Counted from the stretch's first letter, positions 15,637 to 24,514 are shown. The stretch is 44,946 nucleotides of DNA from a virus (IMGVR_UViG_3300037126_000087:1-44946), one strand, 5' to 3'. A program made the numbers and translations. Notes: generated from the letters alone by a model not told the origin.

Positions 15637-16494
15637 ATGAGCGAACCCATCAAATCATGCTTAGAGTGTATGTATAGAAATGTGAATCCCAGTAACCCGC
15701 CATGTGTGTCGTGTATAAACGACAGGAATCATCCTAGTTGGGTCCTCAGGGGACAGGCAGATGCTCCTGGTCAGAGATCGTGCGACACTTGCTCTCTCAG
15801 CCCAGTGAACGATCCAATAAAAGCTAATACACCCTTGGGAAGTTCCCCGACGCCGTGTTTCAACTGTGAAGGCTACAGTAATTGGACTCCAAAGGGGCCA
15901 ACAACGGATGTCGTGAGGTGGACTCCATCAAAGAGAAGCGACACCGTTAAGTGCGACGCCTGTGGCAAAGAGATTCCATTAGTCGAAGGGTACACCGAGT
16001 GTAGTACATCCGATATGCGGTTGCTATGTAAGGATTGTTTCGTTGCCCTTCCACATTCCAACAAAGCCCCCTCGGAGAAAAGGCCATCATTCAGACAGAT
16101 CTACATGCGTATGGCACACGAGCTCTCCCAGCGATCCACGTGCCGGCGCTTGCAGGTCGGGTGTGTAATCGCATCTACTGACTTCCGCAAAGTTCTGTCG
16201 GTTGGCTACAACGGTAATGCGTCAGGTCTAGCCAATGACTGCGACAGCGACGAGGTGGGCAACTGTGGGTGCCTACATGCCGAAGAGAATGCAGTAATCA
16301 ACTGCGATTCGCCACGTTCAGCCGAAAAGATTGTCTTCGTCACCCACCTGCCTTGTGTTATGTGCACGAAGCGACTTATCAACCTCGGCAACGTGTGCAC
16401 GGTTTACTTCGCCAAAGAGTATCGCGATCAAAGAGCCATCGAGATTTTCAACTCGGCGGCGATCACAGTAACCCGTTTCTCAGTTGACGAATAA
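15637..16494 (+). CDS. dCMP deaminase with N-terminal multi-CxxC extension
   Basis: RSTC.R.QVGCVI, GYNG, HAEENA, PCVMC; three CxxC...CxxC units in the first ~135 aa. Confidence 0.9.
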   Translation: MSEPIKSCLECMYRNVNPSNPPCVSCINDRNHPSWVLRGQADAPGQRSCDTCSLSPVNDPIKANTPLGSSPTPCFNCEGYSNWTPKGPTTDVVRWTPSKRSDTVKCDACGKEIPLVEGYTECSTSDMRLLCKDCFVALPHSNKAPSEKRPSFRQIYMRMAHELSQRSTCRRLQVGCVIASTDFRKVLSVGYNGNASGLANDCDSDEVGNCGCLHAEENAVINCDSPRSAEKIVFVTHLPCVMCTKRLINLGNVCTVYFAKEYRDQRAIEIFNSAAITVTRFSVDE

Positions 16495-16532
16495 TAACGA
16501 CCCGACTACTATTCACAAAGGAGCTCTCGAAA

Positions 16533-17405
16533 ATGGCAAAACCGGTAACAAAGAAGCCTACCAGGGCGAAGCCATCAACTGCAAAGGGTGGCCTCCCGGA
16601 TGGGGTTACCTACACAGATGACGATACAGACGATCAGGAAGTAATGCTCATCGTCGGAAAGATCGGCGCGGGCAAGACCTTCACAGCAGTATCCGCTTCC
16701 CAGTGCCGCACTAAGCCAGCAGGCAAAGAGCCAAAAATGACCGACCTGGAAGACATGCTCTGGGGAGAAGTGGATTCTAAGGCATGCGCAGGATTCAAAC
16801 ACAACAACCTACGAGTGCGCCGATACAACTTCGCGAAGGAGATGTCACGCACTGGTAAGAGCATCACCTACGTTATCCAGAAGTTCATGGAGAAGGTGGC
16901 TGACTTATGGCATCCGGATTTGAAGGTGGTAATCGATACCATCACAAGCTTGGATGCCCTCATGTTCAACGACAACTTCAAGCGGTATCGCAATCACCCG
17001 AATCATCGCGAGGTCTACAAACAGAACTTGGGGGACCATTCCATCCTCTCGCAGGACCTTAAGGCATTAGGTGCCCATCTCATCTACTGTTGTCACGGGC
17101 GTGCATTCGCCGGCGATTCCGACAAGGAGATGACTGTCAGGCTCGTCGGTGGTGGAGAAATGGTGCCTGACATAACAGGTCAAGCTCCTAAGTTCTACAA
17201 TCGCGATGCCTCCCTCCAGATGGGTGTGTTGGCGCGGCGCCCGCCGAAGTCGAAGGCAATAGTGCGCACCCTATTGTTCGGAGTCGAGGCGGACAGCAAC
17301 AACATAGAGGGAAAGAACCGCTACGAGGGACTGTTGCCAGATAGCATGAGCCCACCGGACTTGAAAAAGGTGTTCGAGATCATCAAGAAAGGGAAGTCAC
17401 AATGA
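16533..17405 (+). CDS. AAA_24 / Sak4-like P-loop ATPase (ssDNA annealing)
   Basis: Walker A GKIGAGKT, Walker B VVIDTITSL, conserved His (CCH), KNR near C-terminus; close to an SSB-like gene. Confidence 0.8.
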   Translation: MAKPVTKKPTRAKPSTAKGGLPDGVTYTDDDTDDQEVMLIVGKIGAGKTFTAVSASQCRTKPAGKEPKMTDLEDMLWGEVDSKACAGFKHNNLRVRRYNFAKEMSRTGKSITYVIQKFMEKVADLWHPDLKVVIDTITSLDALMFNDNFKRYRNHPNHREVYKQNLGDHSILSQDLKALGAHLIYCCHGRAFAGDSDKEMTVRLVGGGEMVPDITGQAPKFYNRDASLQMGVLARRPPKSKAIVRTLLFGVEADSNNIEGKNRYEGLLPDSMSPPDLKKVFEIIKKGKSQ

Positions 17406-17590
17406 ATGGAGATGAGAGATTGATGGGTTGGATGGTGACAATCATCGGGGTAGTCGTCTTTGGAATAATATGCCAGTGGGCCTCATGTACTAAAGCCATC
17501 AAGACTGCATATGAGACGGAGTGGTACAAGAGCTACCGCTCGTGTATAGAGGCGGGCCACAAGCCTGCTGAGTGTAGTAGGACCCCATGA
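17402..17590 (+). CDS. Small membrane protein (62 aa)
   Basis: N-terminal TM helix; C-terminal Cys pair. Confidence 0.65.
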   Translation: MNGDERLMGWMVTIIGVVVFGIICQWASCTKAIKTAYETEWYKSYRSCIEAGHKPAECSRTP

Positions 17591-17904
17591 GCGGCCAAGT
17601 GGTCAACCTAGGGCGTGACGCCGATTACTTCGATGGCTTCTCGGCGGCTCTTTCGATGGTAGAGAAGCTCATGGTGGAGCGCTTGCAAAAACTGCAGAAC
17701 AGCCGGGAGCGCCTCAAGGCACCGAAGACCCGCAAGCAAGGATTGAAATGGCAGAAGGAGCACGATGAGCTAGCGGCTAAGATCAACGAGTTAACTGTCC
17801 TCGCCAGCATGATCAAAAGAGAGCTGGAGGACATATCAAAAAACGGGGCCCGCCCCAAAGATCAGGAGATCGAAAGTGAGTCGACGAGTACCGAAACCAA
17901 CTGA
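17587..17904 (+). CDS. Coiled-coil hypothetical protein (105 aa)
   Basis: ATGA coupling; AGGA SD. Confidence 0.7.
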   Translation: MSGQVVNLGRDADYFDGFSAALSMVEKLMVERLQKLQNSRERLKAPKTRKQGLKWQKEHDELAAKINELTVLASMIKRELEDISKNGARPKDQEIESESTSTETN

Positions 17905-18610
17905 TATCAGCTACAACAAGAAGGACATCCGAAAGGCGGCCACTCGGCAGACATTGCCACACGGCCTGCACTATTTCGGACACGTGGAGGCCAAGAATCA
18001 AGTCATCGAGAAGGGGGACTACGAGGGCTCCATTGTCTGTGCAACTCGCTGCGTGGCCTTCAAGAATCCGGAAGACACCAACAGCAAGGTGCGTCCGGCG
18101 ATGCGTGATTCGCTGTGGATGCCATTCAATAACCCAGACGTCCCTGGACACAAGGCCCCCGATTTCGCGGCCAGTCTGGCTCACCAGTACCTGCATGCAT
18201 GCTTCGAGGATGAGATCCCAGACATGCCGACCAAAGACGCGGATGGAAATCTCGTGTTCCAGGGCGAAATCGTGGCGGAAGCCGGCGATGAAAACATGGG
18301 TGTCATCGAGCAGGAGAAGCGCGACGAGGCCATGGAGCTCGTGTACGACAAGTGTCGAGACATCCTGGGAGACGCCAGCATTTTGCTGCCAGCCAACTTC
18401 TACGGCGAGGTGGGGCCCGATAAAAAGACCGGGCAGTACACCAACATCCTCGGCAAGTACTGCGAGGTGCCCGGGGACATGGACCTCTACGACTGGTCAG
18501 CCCATGGAGCAGAAGAGGCTGATGAAGTAGAGGAAGAAGAGGAAGTCGAAGAGGAAGCTCCAGCTCCCCGGCGGTCCAAGAAAAAGAAGACCAACAAGAA
18601 GCGTCGCTAA
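17876..18610 (+). CDS. Putative single-stranded DNA-binding protein
   Basis: Between Sak4-like ATPase and polymerase; long acidic tail; AGGAG SD. Confidence 0.6.
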   Translation: MSRRVPKPTDISYNKKDIRKAATRQTLPHGLHYFGHVEAKNQVIEKGDYEGSIVCATRCVAFKNPEDTNSKVRPAMRDSLWMPFNNPDVPGHKAPDFAASLAHQYLHACFEDEIPDMPTKDADGNLVFQGEIVAEAGDENMGVIEQEKRDEAMELVYDKCRDILGDASILLPANFYGEVGPDKKTGQYTNILGKYCEVPGDMDLYDWSAHGAEEADEVEEEEEVEEEAPAPRRSKKKKTNKKRR

Positions 18611-18685
18611 TCCTCCCGTAGCGACGTCAGGTGACCCTGACAGGTTTTCCTTTTCGGAGGGCTCCTTTTCCCTGTCAGGGTCACC
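18602..18685 (+). promoter_or_regulatory. Tandem hairpins upstream of the polymerase gene
   Basis: CGTCGCTA/TAGCGACG (18602-18626) and perfect 15-bp GGTGACCCTGACAGG/CCTGTCAGGGTCACC (18630-18685). Confidence 0.65.
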
Positions 18686-18707
18686 ACTTCCCACAGAGGT
18701 GATAGCA

Positions 18708-21296
18708 ATGGATCCACGCCAACTAGGTTGCCTCTGTGATACCTGCCCTCTCAAAAACTCCATCCCAGTATTTCCGCAGGCGCCATTCCGCTGCAAGCTA
18801 GCAATCGTTGGGGAAGCACCCGGGCCAGATGAGGAAGTCTTCGGGGACTACTTCGTAGGTCCATCCGGGGGTTTCCTCGATGACATGCTTAGGTATCTTG
18901 GGATGGACAGAAATCGGCACCACATCACCAATGCCTGCATGTGTCGGCCACGATTCAAGATGAGTCCGGAGCAATGGCGCAAAGCGATCGCGTGCTGCGA
19001 GCCACGGCTAAAAGTCGAGCTGGTGGCAACGGGTGCAAAAACGGTGTTGGCATTCGGGGGTAAGGCCCTGTATGCGCTCACCGGCCCGGTGATGAGTGAC
19101 AACACCAAAGCAGCACACAAGAAGTTGCCCTCCATATTCGCCTGGGCAGGAGCGCCACTTCCCGGTTGGAAGGGGCACTATGATGGCTTGACGGTGCTCG
19201 CCACTCTCCACCCAGCGTTCTGTCTGCGGGAGAAGGGATGGGCATACAAGCCGTCGACATACATTCACACCCAACGCGCTTGGGCACTCGCGCGCAAGCT
19301 GCTCCCAGATTGGGAATGGCCACCAATTCATACGGAGGTCAACAATGCTACGCTTCGGGCACTGCGTACCATACACAAACGCGGTGGACTCGTCGGCTCT
19401 GACGTGGAGACGCGGGGGACAAACCCTCTGCGAGATCTGTGCATGTGTATTGGCCTTGCAAATGCCGAGGTTGCGGTATGTGTACCCTGGGAATCCTATA
19501 CTGCTGGAAGGCATGGGAGTGTCCAAGGGATTGATTCATGTGCCATTGGAACCCGTATTAGGGATGAGGTCGTTGGGATTCTTGAGGATAAGTCCATACC
19601 GCTCGCTTTCCAGAACGGCCCCCACGACCTCCTTACCTTCCAGCATTTGGGCATCAAAGCGCGTGGCTACACGTGGGACACCCTCCCAGCACACACGATC
19701 GTAGCCTCGGGGCGCAGACATGATTTGGGTTGGATCATGTGTGAGGAGAGCCATGCGCCCCGCTGGAAAGAGGAAAAGCATACTGCATCCAACGAGAAAG
19801 GAGCCAAAAAGTTCAGCAAGAGGAACCCGCACCAGCTACGGGAATACTGCGCCAAAGACAGTTATGCCCCAGTATGGCTACGGGAGCCACTTGGGCAGAG
19901 ACTGGACGAGGAACACAACGGCTGGCAGCTCTACGACAGCTATCTAACGAACATGCAAGTAGCCATGAAGATGCAAACATTCGGCTTCCCAGCCAACCGG
20001 GAGCGGATGATGGAGCATCGCCGCTTACTTGGGAAGCGGAAAAGTCGTGCAAAGCAGGAGCTGCGCCTAGTGGCTAGGAAGTATTGGCCAGCGTGGGGCC
20101 GCACGTTCAATCCAGCATCCCAAGCACATCTACGCAAGCTGGTGTTCGACAAGTTGCGCGTGCGCCCGACCAAATGGAGCCAGCTCACCGAGGAGCCTTC
20201 CCTGGACAAGAGTGTGTTAGCTGAGCTCAAGACCCATGACAATCCCTTAGTCGTCGTCATGGCGCGTGGCCTCGACAGATACCGCCAGTATGCCAAATTA
20301 CGTGATACCTACTGCGATCCAATAAAGCTCATAGATTCGAGAACAGGCCGTGTCCATGTCACGTGGCGTGTTACTGGGCCGCGTACGTTCCGCTGGAGCG
20401 CCTCCCCGAACTTGATGAATATACCTTTGCCAGTCATCGACCGTAGACTGAATAGGAGAACTGGAGAAGTTGTCGAAGTAATCAGGGTGGCTGGCCTTCG
20501 AGATATGTATATCCCCCCTAGTAGGAAGGGGTGGCTTGTCAGAGGGGACTATGACCAACTCGAGATCAAAATCATTGCACTTCTATCTGGCTGCCAGCTT
20601 CTGTTGGAATGGTTCGAGCAGAAGAAAGATGTGCACAGGATGGTCGCCATGATCATCTTTCCCTACCGGAAAGACCCCGGAGAAGTCACCGGAGGCGAGC
20701 GCAACGTCACTAAGCCAGTGGAATACGGCTGGTGTTATGGGGCCGATCCCAAGACTATGCAGCAAACACTGGTCAATGACGGCTTTGCCGAAACCACACT
20801 TGCCCAGTGCATCCATTTCGATGAAGCACTCACGGAAGCCCTACACGAGATTCCAACTTGGCACGATGGATTGATCAGGACGGCCTACCGCGAGCGATAT
20901 ATTGAGGCCCCTATCAGCGGTCATCGATTGCCGATCTACCAGCGTGTGAAGCCAACCGAATGCTACAACCTCCCAGTACAGCACTCCGCGGCAGATCTCA
21001 TCAATCCAGTGGTGAAGCCCATCTCAGACGCCCTGAATTGGGAAACCGAGGGCATACTGGCGCAAGTACATGATGAGCTCGTGCTCGGGGGAGAAGATCC
21101 AGTAAAGCTGGCTAAGCTACTGGTGAAGTACATGGAGAAGGATGCCACGCTTGGGGGTAACACGGCGAAGTTCACTATTGGTCTGAAGATTGGAAAGAAT
21201 TGGGCTGATTGTGTGAGTGTAGATAGGAGCTTGCCACTCGAGAAGGGAGTGGCGAAAGCAATGAGGGAAGTGAGAAAGAAGGAGAGGAACAAGTGA
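18708..21296 (+). CDS. polA: Family A DNA polymerase with N-terminal family-4 uracil-DNA glycosylase and 3'-5' exonuclease
   Basis: UDG: CDTCPL, GEAPG..E, FVGPSG, TNACMCRP, HPA; exo: DVET, NGPHD, YCAKD; pol: PNLMNIP, DYDQLE, RNVTKPVEYGWCYG, VHDEL; GAGGTG SD. Confidence 0.95.
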   Translation: MDPRQLGCLCDTCPLKNSIPVFPQAPFRCKLAIVGEAPGPDEEVFGDYFVGPSGGFLDDMLRYLGMDRNRHHITNACMCRPRFKMSPEQWRKAIACCEPRLKVELVATGAKTVLAFGGKALYALTGPVMSDNTKAAHKKLPSIFAWAGAPLPGWKGHYDGLTVLATLHPAFCLREKGWAYKPSTYIHTQRAWALARKLLPDWEWPPIHTEVNNATLRALRTIHKRGGLVGSDVETRGTNPLRDLCMCIGLANAEVAVCVPWESYTAGRHGSVQGIDSCAIGTRIRDEVVGILEDKSIPLAFQNGPHDLLTFQHLGIKARGYTWDTLPAHTIVASGRRHDLGWIMCEESHAPRWKEEKHTASNEKGAKKFSKRNPHQLREYCAKDSYAPVWLREPLGQRLDEEHNGWQLYDSYLTNMQVAMKMQTFGFPANRERMMEHRRLLGKRKSRAKQELRLVARKYWPAWGRTFNPASQAHLRKLVFDKLRVRPTKWSQLTEEPSLDKSVLAELKTHDNPLVVVMARGLDRYRQYAKLRDTYCDPIKLIDSRTGRVHVTWRVTGPRTFRWSASPNLMNIPLPVIDRRLNRRTGEVVEVIRVAGLRDMYIPPSRKGWLVRGDYDQLEIKIIALLSGCQLLLEWFEQKKDVHRMVAMIIFPYRKDPGEVTGGERNVTKPVEYGWCYGADPKTMQQTLVNDGFAETTLAQCIHFDEALTEALHEIPTWHDGLIRTAYRERYIEAPISGHRLPIYQRVKPTECYNLPVQHSAADLINPVVKPISDALNWETEGILAQVHDELVLGGEDPVKLAKLLVKYMEKDATLGGNTAKFTIGLKIGKNWADCVSVDRSLPLEKGVAKAMREVRKKERNK

Positions 21297-21658
21297 CGGT
21301 GAGTGAGCACATCAGGAAGCATCTGATGGAGCATCTGGGTGCAAATGAGCCAAAACGATGCCCTGACTTAGATGTACTTATAGAATACACATGGTCCATG
21401 AAATTTGAGCAATATATGCGCAACCGTTTAGTGATTGGGCACATGCGGTATGGTGATATCAAAGATCCAAAGCGACAGAGGTACGATCAAGTTGGTTCGG
21501 CGATCAAGAGACTCAAGCTCTATCTCGTCGATGGTAACCAGGAACATCTAGTAGACGCTGCCAATCTGGCCATGCTCGAATTTATCAATCCATGTTGCCA
21601 CTCAAGTCCGAGCTTCAGGGCTCAGGATGATAAGAACCACACACCAGTAAAGAGGTAA
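21293..21658 (+). CDS. Putative MazG-like/all-alpha (d)NTP pyrophosphohydrolase
   Basis: G..RYG ... RL..Y ... EHLVDAANLAMLEF resembles phage dATP/dGTP diphosphohydrolase-like folds; nucleotide-metabolism context. Confidence 0.45.
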   Translation: MTVSEHIRKHLMEHLGANEPKRCPDLDVLIEYTWSMKFEQYMRNRLVIGHMRYGDIKDPKRQRYDQVGSAIKRLKLYLVDGNQEHLVDAANLAMLEFINPCCHSSPSFRAQDDKNHTPVKR

Positions 21659-21661
21659 GAA

Positions 21662-22144
21662 ATGCCAGGCAACCAAAAAATGAGGACGCCACCGTGGTTA
21701 TTCGAGATGCTGAATAACATATATGGCCCATTTAAGTTAGATGCAGCAGCTGACAAGAAGAATGCCCTGTGTAAGCATTTTTGGACTGAGAAGGAAGATG
21801 GTCTGGAGCAACCATGGATGTATGGTACATTCTGCAATCCTCCATTTGCTCAGATGGGCAAGTGGATGCGCAAGGGTTATCTGGAATGGGCTGATCACAA
21901 AAGGAGGTCTTGCATCGTCGGATTAGCAGGATGCGCCCAAGAGTGGTTCCACAAATATGCAATCCACGGCACGATACTCGTGCCCAACAGCCGGATCAAC
22001 TTCCTGATGCCAGATGGTACCCCGACTAACAGAGCCATGTGGAGCACGATGATCTACTTATTTGGGTACGGGAAGGCTGCAGGGAGGAGATTCTCCGTGT
22101 GGCCTTTAGACGTCAAAAAAACAATGAAGGGAATCAGAAAATGA
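21662..22144 (+). CDS. Phage DNA N6-adenine methyltransferase (lambdoid Dam-like family)
   Basis: TPPWLF, FKLDAAA..NA.C, DGL.Q.W, catalytic NPPF. Confidence 0.9.
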   Translation: MPGNQKMRTPPWLFEMLNNIYGPFKLDAAADKKNALCKHFWTEKEDGLEQPWMYGTFCNPPFAQMGKWMRKGYLEWADHKRRSCIVGLAGCAQEWFHKYAIHGTILVPNSRINFLMPDGTPTNRAMWSTMIYLFGYGKAAGRRFSVWPLDVKKTMKGIRK

Positions 22145-22773
22145 AGATCATAAATGCATCATACAGGATCGAGTCCGACATCAGCGACTTGCTAACCATC
22201 ATCGAGCAAGCAGGACGTACCTGCTACAAGAGCGAGAACCGAGAGATCAACGAGAACACGGCAGCCAAATTTGTGAAGATGCTCATCGACCGTGGACATC
22301 ACTCTGTGCTCGAGCATGCATCCATGACGATCCGATTCATCGTCGATCGTGGCGTGTCACACGAAATCGTCAGGCATCGTTTGGCAAGCTACTCGCAGGA
22401 GAGCACACGATACTGTAACTATTCCAAAGAGAAGTTTGGCAGTGAGATAACAGTAATCGATCCATCAAGACATCTCGGTCATGCCGCCTATATTGATTGG
22501 TCCGAATCCGTTCAGTTCGCCGAGGCACAATACTTCTCCATGATCGACTCCGGAGCAGCGCCCCAGATGGCACGCTCGGTGCTCCCCAACAGCCTTAAGA
22601 CTGAGCTGGTCATGACAGCCAATGTCCGTGAGTGGAGACATTTTTTCTCCCTCAGAGCTGCCAGGGCTGCACACCCACAGATGCGTGAAGTCGCGTGTCC
22701 TCTATTGAGGCGCTTACGACTCAATGTGCCAGTCTTGTTTGATGATGTAGGGGATGCCGAAGCCGATCAATGA
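22141..22773 (+). CDS. thyX: FAD-dependent thymidylate synthase
   Basis: GHHSVLEH, RHRLASYSQES (RHRx7S), ARSVLP; start 22141 by ATGA coupling. Confidence 0.95.
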   Translation: MKIINASYRIESDISDLLTIIEQAGRTCYKSENREINENTAAKFVKMLIDRGHHSVLEHASMTIRFIVDRGVSHEIVRHRLASYSQESTRYCNYSKEKFGSEITVIDPSRHLGHAAYIDWSESVQFAEAQYFSMIDSGAAPQMARSVLPNSLKTELVMTANVREWRHFFSLRAARAAHPQMREVACPLLRRLRLNVPVLFDDVGDAEADQ

Positions 22774-23249
22774 GTCGCAACGGCGATAGCATATCCGAGC
22801 ACAATCCCACCAACAGCCGCGCCGGCCAGGCCCAGCGACAGAATCACGTGATCCCAGAACGGATCGGGCTCCTCGACACTATCCACGCAGCTGCTTTCTA
22901 AATCATCAATGGCAGCGTGGCAGAACGCGAGGGAATCCTCTAACTGACCGGCCAGAGCATTCATCTTTCGTTGGCAGCGGCCTGGATAGGACTCCCAGTG
23001 CTGGAGATGGTATTCCAGGACGAAGTCGGTCGGGTATGGATAGCAGGTGGCTGGGAGGTTTCCCTCCAAGGTATCTCCAGGCTGCATGGTGAACGGATCG
23101 GGGAGGTCAGGAGGCCAGGCGGGCACATTCGGAGCTTTGTCAGGTCGCTCCAGAATCTCCAGGCTCTTGTCCATCTCCAGAAGTAGCTCGTCGGCCTCCA
23201 GCATTCCAGCGGCTAACAACAGAACCAGGGGGGTTATTACGGACGTCAT
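22767..23249 (-). CDS. Lysis-cassette protein in Rz1-like position: N-terminal signal and C-terminal TM helix
   Basis: Overlaps the 3' end of the i-spanin-like gene; no lipobox Cys. Confidence 0.55.
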   Translation of the reverse strand: MTSVITPLVLLLAAGMLEADELLLEMDKSLEILERPDKAPNVPAWPPDLPDPFTMQPGDTLEGNLPATCYPYPTDFVLEYHLQHWESYPGRCQRKMNALAGQLEDSLAFCHAAIDDLESSCVDSVEEPDPFWDHVILSLGLAGAAVGGIVLGYAIAVATH

Positions 23250-23478
23250 TCCGGATCTCCTCGTTTTCTTGTAGTGCCGCTATCTGGGCCTCGGCGGCTT
23301 GGCGCTCTGAGTCCTTACGGATTGCCTCGAGTCGTGCATTCAGGTGGGCCTTCTTGGCCTCGAAAGCATCCCGCTCGGCGCGCTGTCGGTCGCTCTGTAC
23401 TTTCTTCGTATGCAGAATGGCTCCAACTCCGAACAACACGCCCAGGATGCCGGCGATCCAACCAACTACTTCACTCAC
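23140..23478 (-). CDS. i-spanin (Rz)-like protein
   Basis: N-terminal TM helix followed by coiled coil; downstream of endolysin and holin. Confidence 0.6.
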   Translation of the reverse strand: MSEVVGWIAGILGVLFGVGAILHTKKVQSDRQRAERDAFEAKKAHLNARLEAIRKDSERQAAEAQIAALQENEEIRNDVRNNPPGSVVSRWNAGGRRATSGDGQEPGDSGAT

Positions 23479-23713
23479 GCTTGGCCTCCGCGATTTTGTC
23501 CATTCCCAGGGCTCCGAACAGAGGTACGAGTACTCCGGGCACGGTGAACTTCATCAGTCCAGCCCACTGGTCAAAGGTGGCGATTGGCGCGCCTGTGCCG
23601 CCGGGAGCTTCCAGCAGCATACACACAAACCCACCAATGGCCATTACTGTGAACACGGTAATCCCGATGATGACCTTGCGGCTTTTCCATCCATCACTTG
23701 GTAGCGGATTCAT
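23471..23713 (-). CDS. Holin (2 TM helices)
   Basis: WKSRK followed by two hydrophobic helices and a charged tail; adjacent to endolysin. Confidence 0.7.
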   Translation of the reverse strand: MNPLPSDGWKSRKVIIGITVFTVMAIGGFVCMLLEAPGGTGAPIATFDQWAGLMKFTVPGVLVPLFGALGMDKIAEAKRE

Positions 23714-24276
23714 ATCGTGACTCCAATCTGCAAAAGGTTTCGGGCTCCATGCTCATATTGTAGCCGGCGAACACGCTCCCGGAAACCCCTGATGTTGAAC
23801 ATTGGACCGGGACACTGCTTGCCTGGTGTGGAAGTTGCGCCAGGACCGAGCTCGTCATGGGCCACGATCTTTAGGTGGGGCCATGTAGTGAGCAAAGCAG
23901 TCGCTAGATCCTCAGCGGCCCATAGTTGGCGATCGGGGGGCACTCGCGTCCGGAAGTCCCCCAGGAGCGCGACACCGATCCCAGACACGTTGAAGCGCTT
24001 TGCATGTGGAGAGACGTGGGTCACTGGCCATCCCTGCTGAACTTCACCGTTGGACGTGACGACGAAGGTGTACGGTAGAGATAGGCCAATCTCACTCCGG
24101 TAGAAGTTCCTCACCCCGACGATGTTGTCTGGGTACCCACGCCTTAACCACTGATCGCGTCCATTCCAACCCATCCGATGCAGCACGACGTATTCGAGAT
24201 CATTCAGGTCTCGGCTCTTCTCTTTCGCCCCGCCCGGGGTGGGGACTTCGATCAAATTTTCTACGTGCAGGGACAT
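23710..24276 (-). CDS. Endolysin, N-acetylmuramoyl-L-alanine amidase (Amidase_2, T7 lysozyme-like)
   Basis: VVLH, Y.FVV...G.V.QG, HAK..N..GIGV..LGDF, AHDEL, KQCPG; GGAGG SD before ATG 24276. Confidence 0.9.
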   Translation of the reverse strand: MSLHVENLIEVPTPGGAKEKSRDLNDLEYVVLHRMGWNGRDQWLRRGYPDNIVGVRNFYRSEIGLSLPYTFVVTSNGEVQQGWPVTHVSPHAKRFNVSGIGVALLGDFRTRVPPDRQLWAAEDLATALLTTWPHLKIVAHDELGPGATSTPGKQCPGPMFNIRGFRERVRRLQYEHGARNLLQIGVTI

Positions 24277-24490
24277 AATGAATACCTCCATCTTTCAGCA
24301 ATGCATCGAGCTTGCCATTGATCTCGATCACCATTTCGCGCAGCTCTGTCACTTCGCTCTTGGCCGCAGCCTTCCAGGGAAGCACCCAGCCGAGCATCCC
24401 AAATAGGGTGATGACCGCAATGACGGCCCCAATGGAGCCTGCAGTGACTACATACCAAGGCTTTTTCGATTTGGCAGTCATGGACTGCAC
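24200..24490 (-). CDS. Single-TM membrane protein, possible holin or antiholin
   Basis: One TM helix plus short coiled coil; immediately upstream of endolysin; GGAGG SD. Confidence 0.55.
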   Translation of the reverse strand: MQSMTAKSKKPWYVVTAGSIGAVIAVITLFGMLGWVLPWKAAAKSEVTELREMVIEINGKLDALLKDGGIHYVPARRKFDRSPHPGRGEREEPRPE

Positions 24491-24514
24491 TGCCTTTCCT
24501 CCCCCCAGGGCAGT

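Noticed and set aside
15637-22773. Hypermodified genome (Z base, hmU or 7-deazaguanine)
   Set aside because: No PurZ, ThyA-like hydroxymethylase, Que/DpdA or glycosyltransferase genes visible; ThyX motifs are canonical
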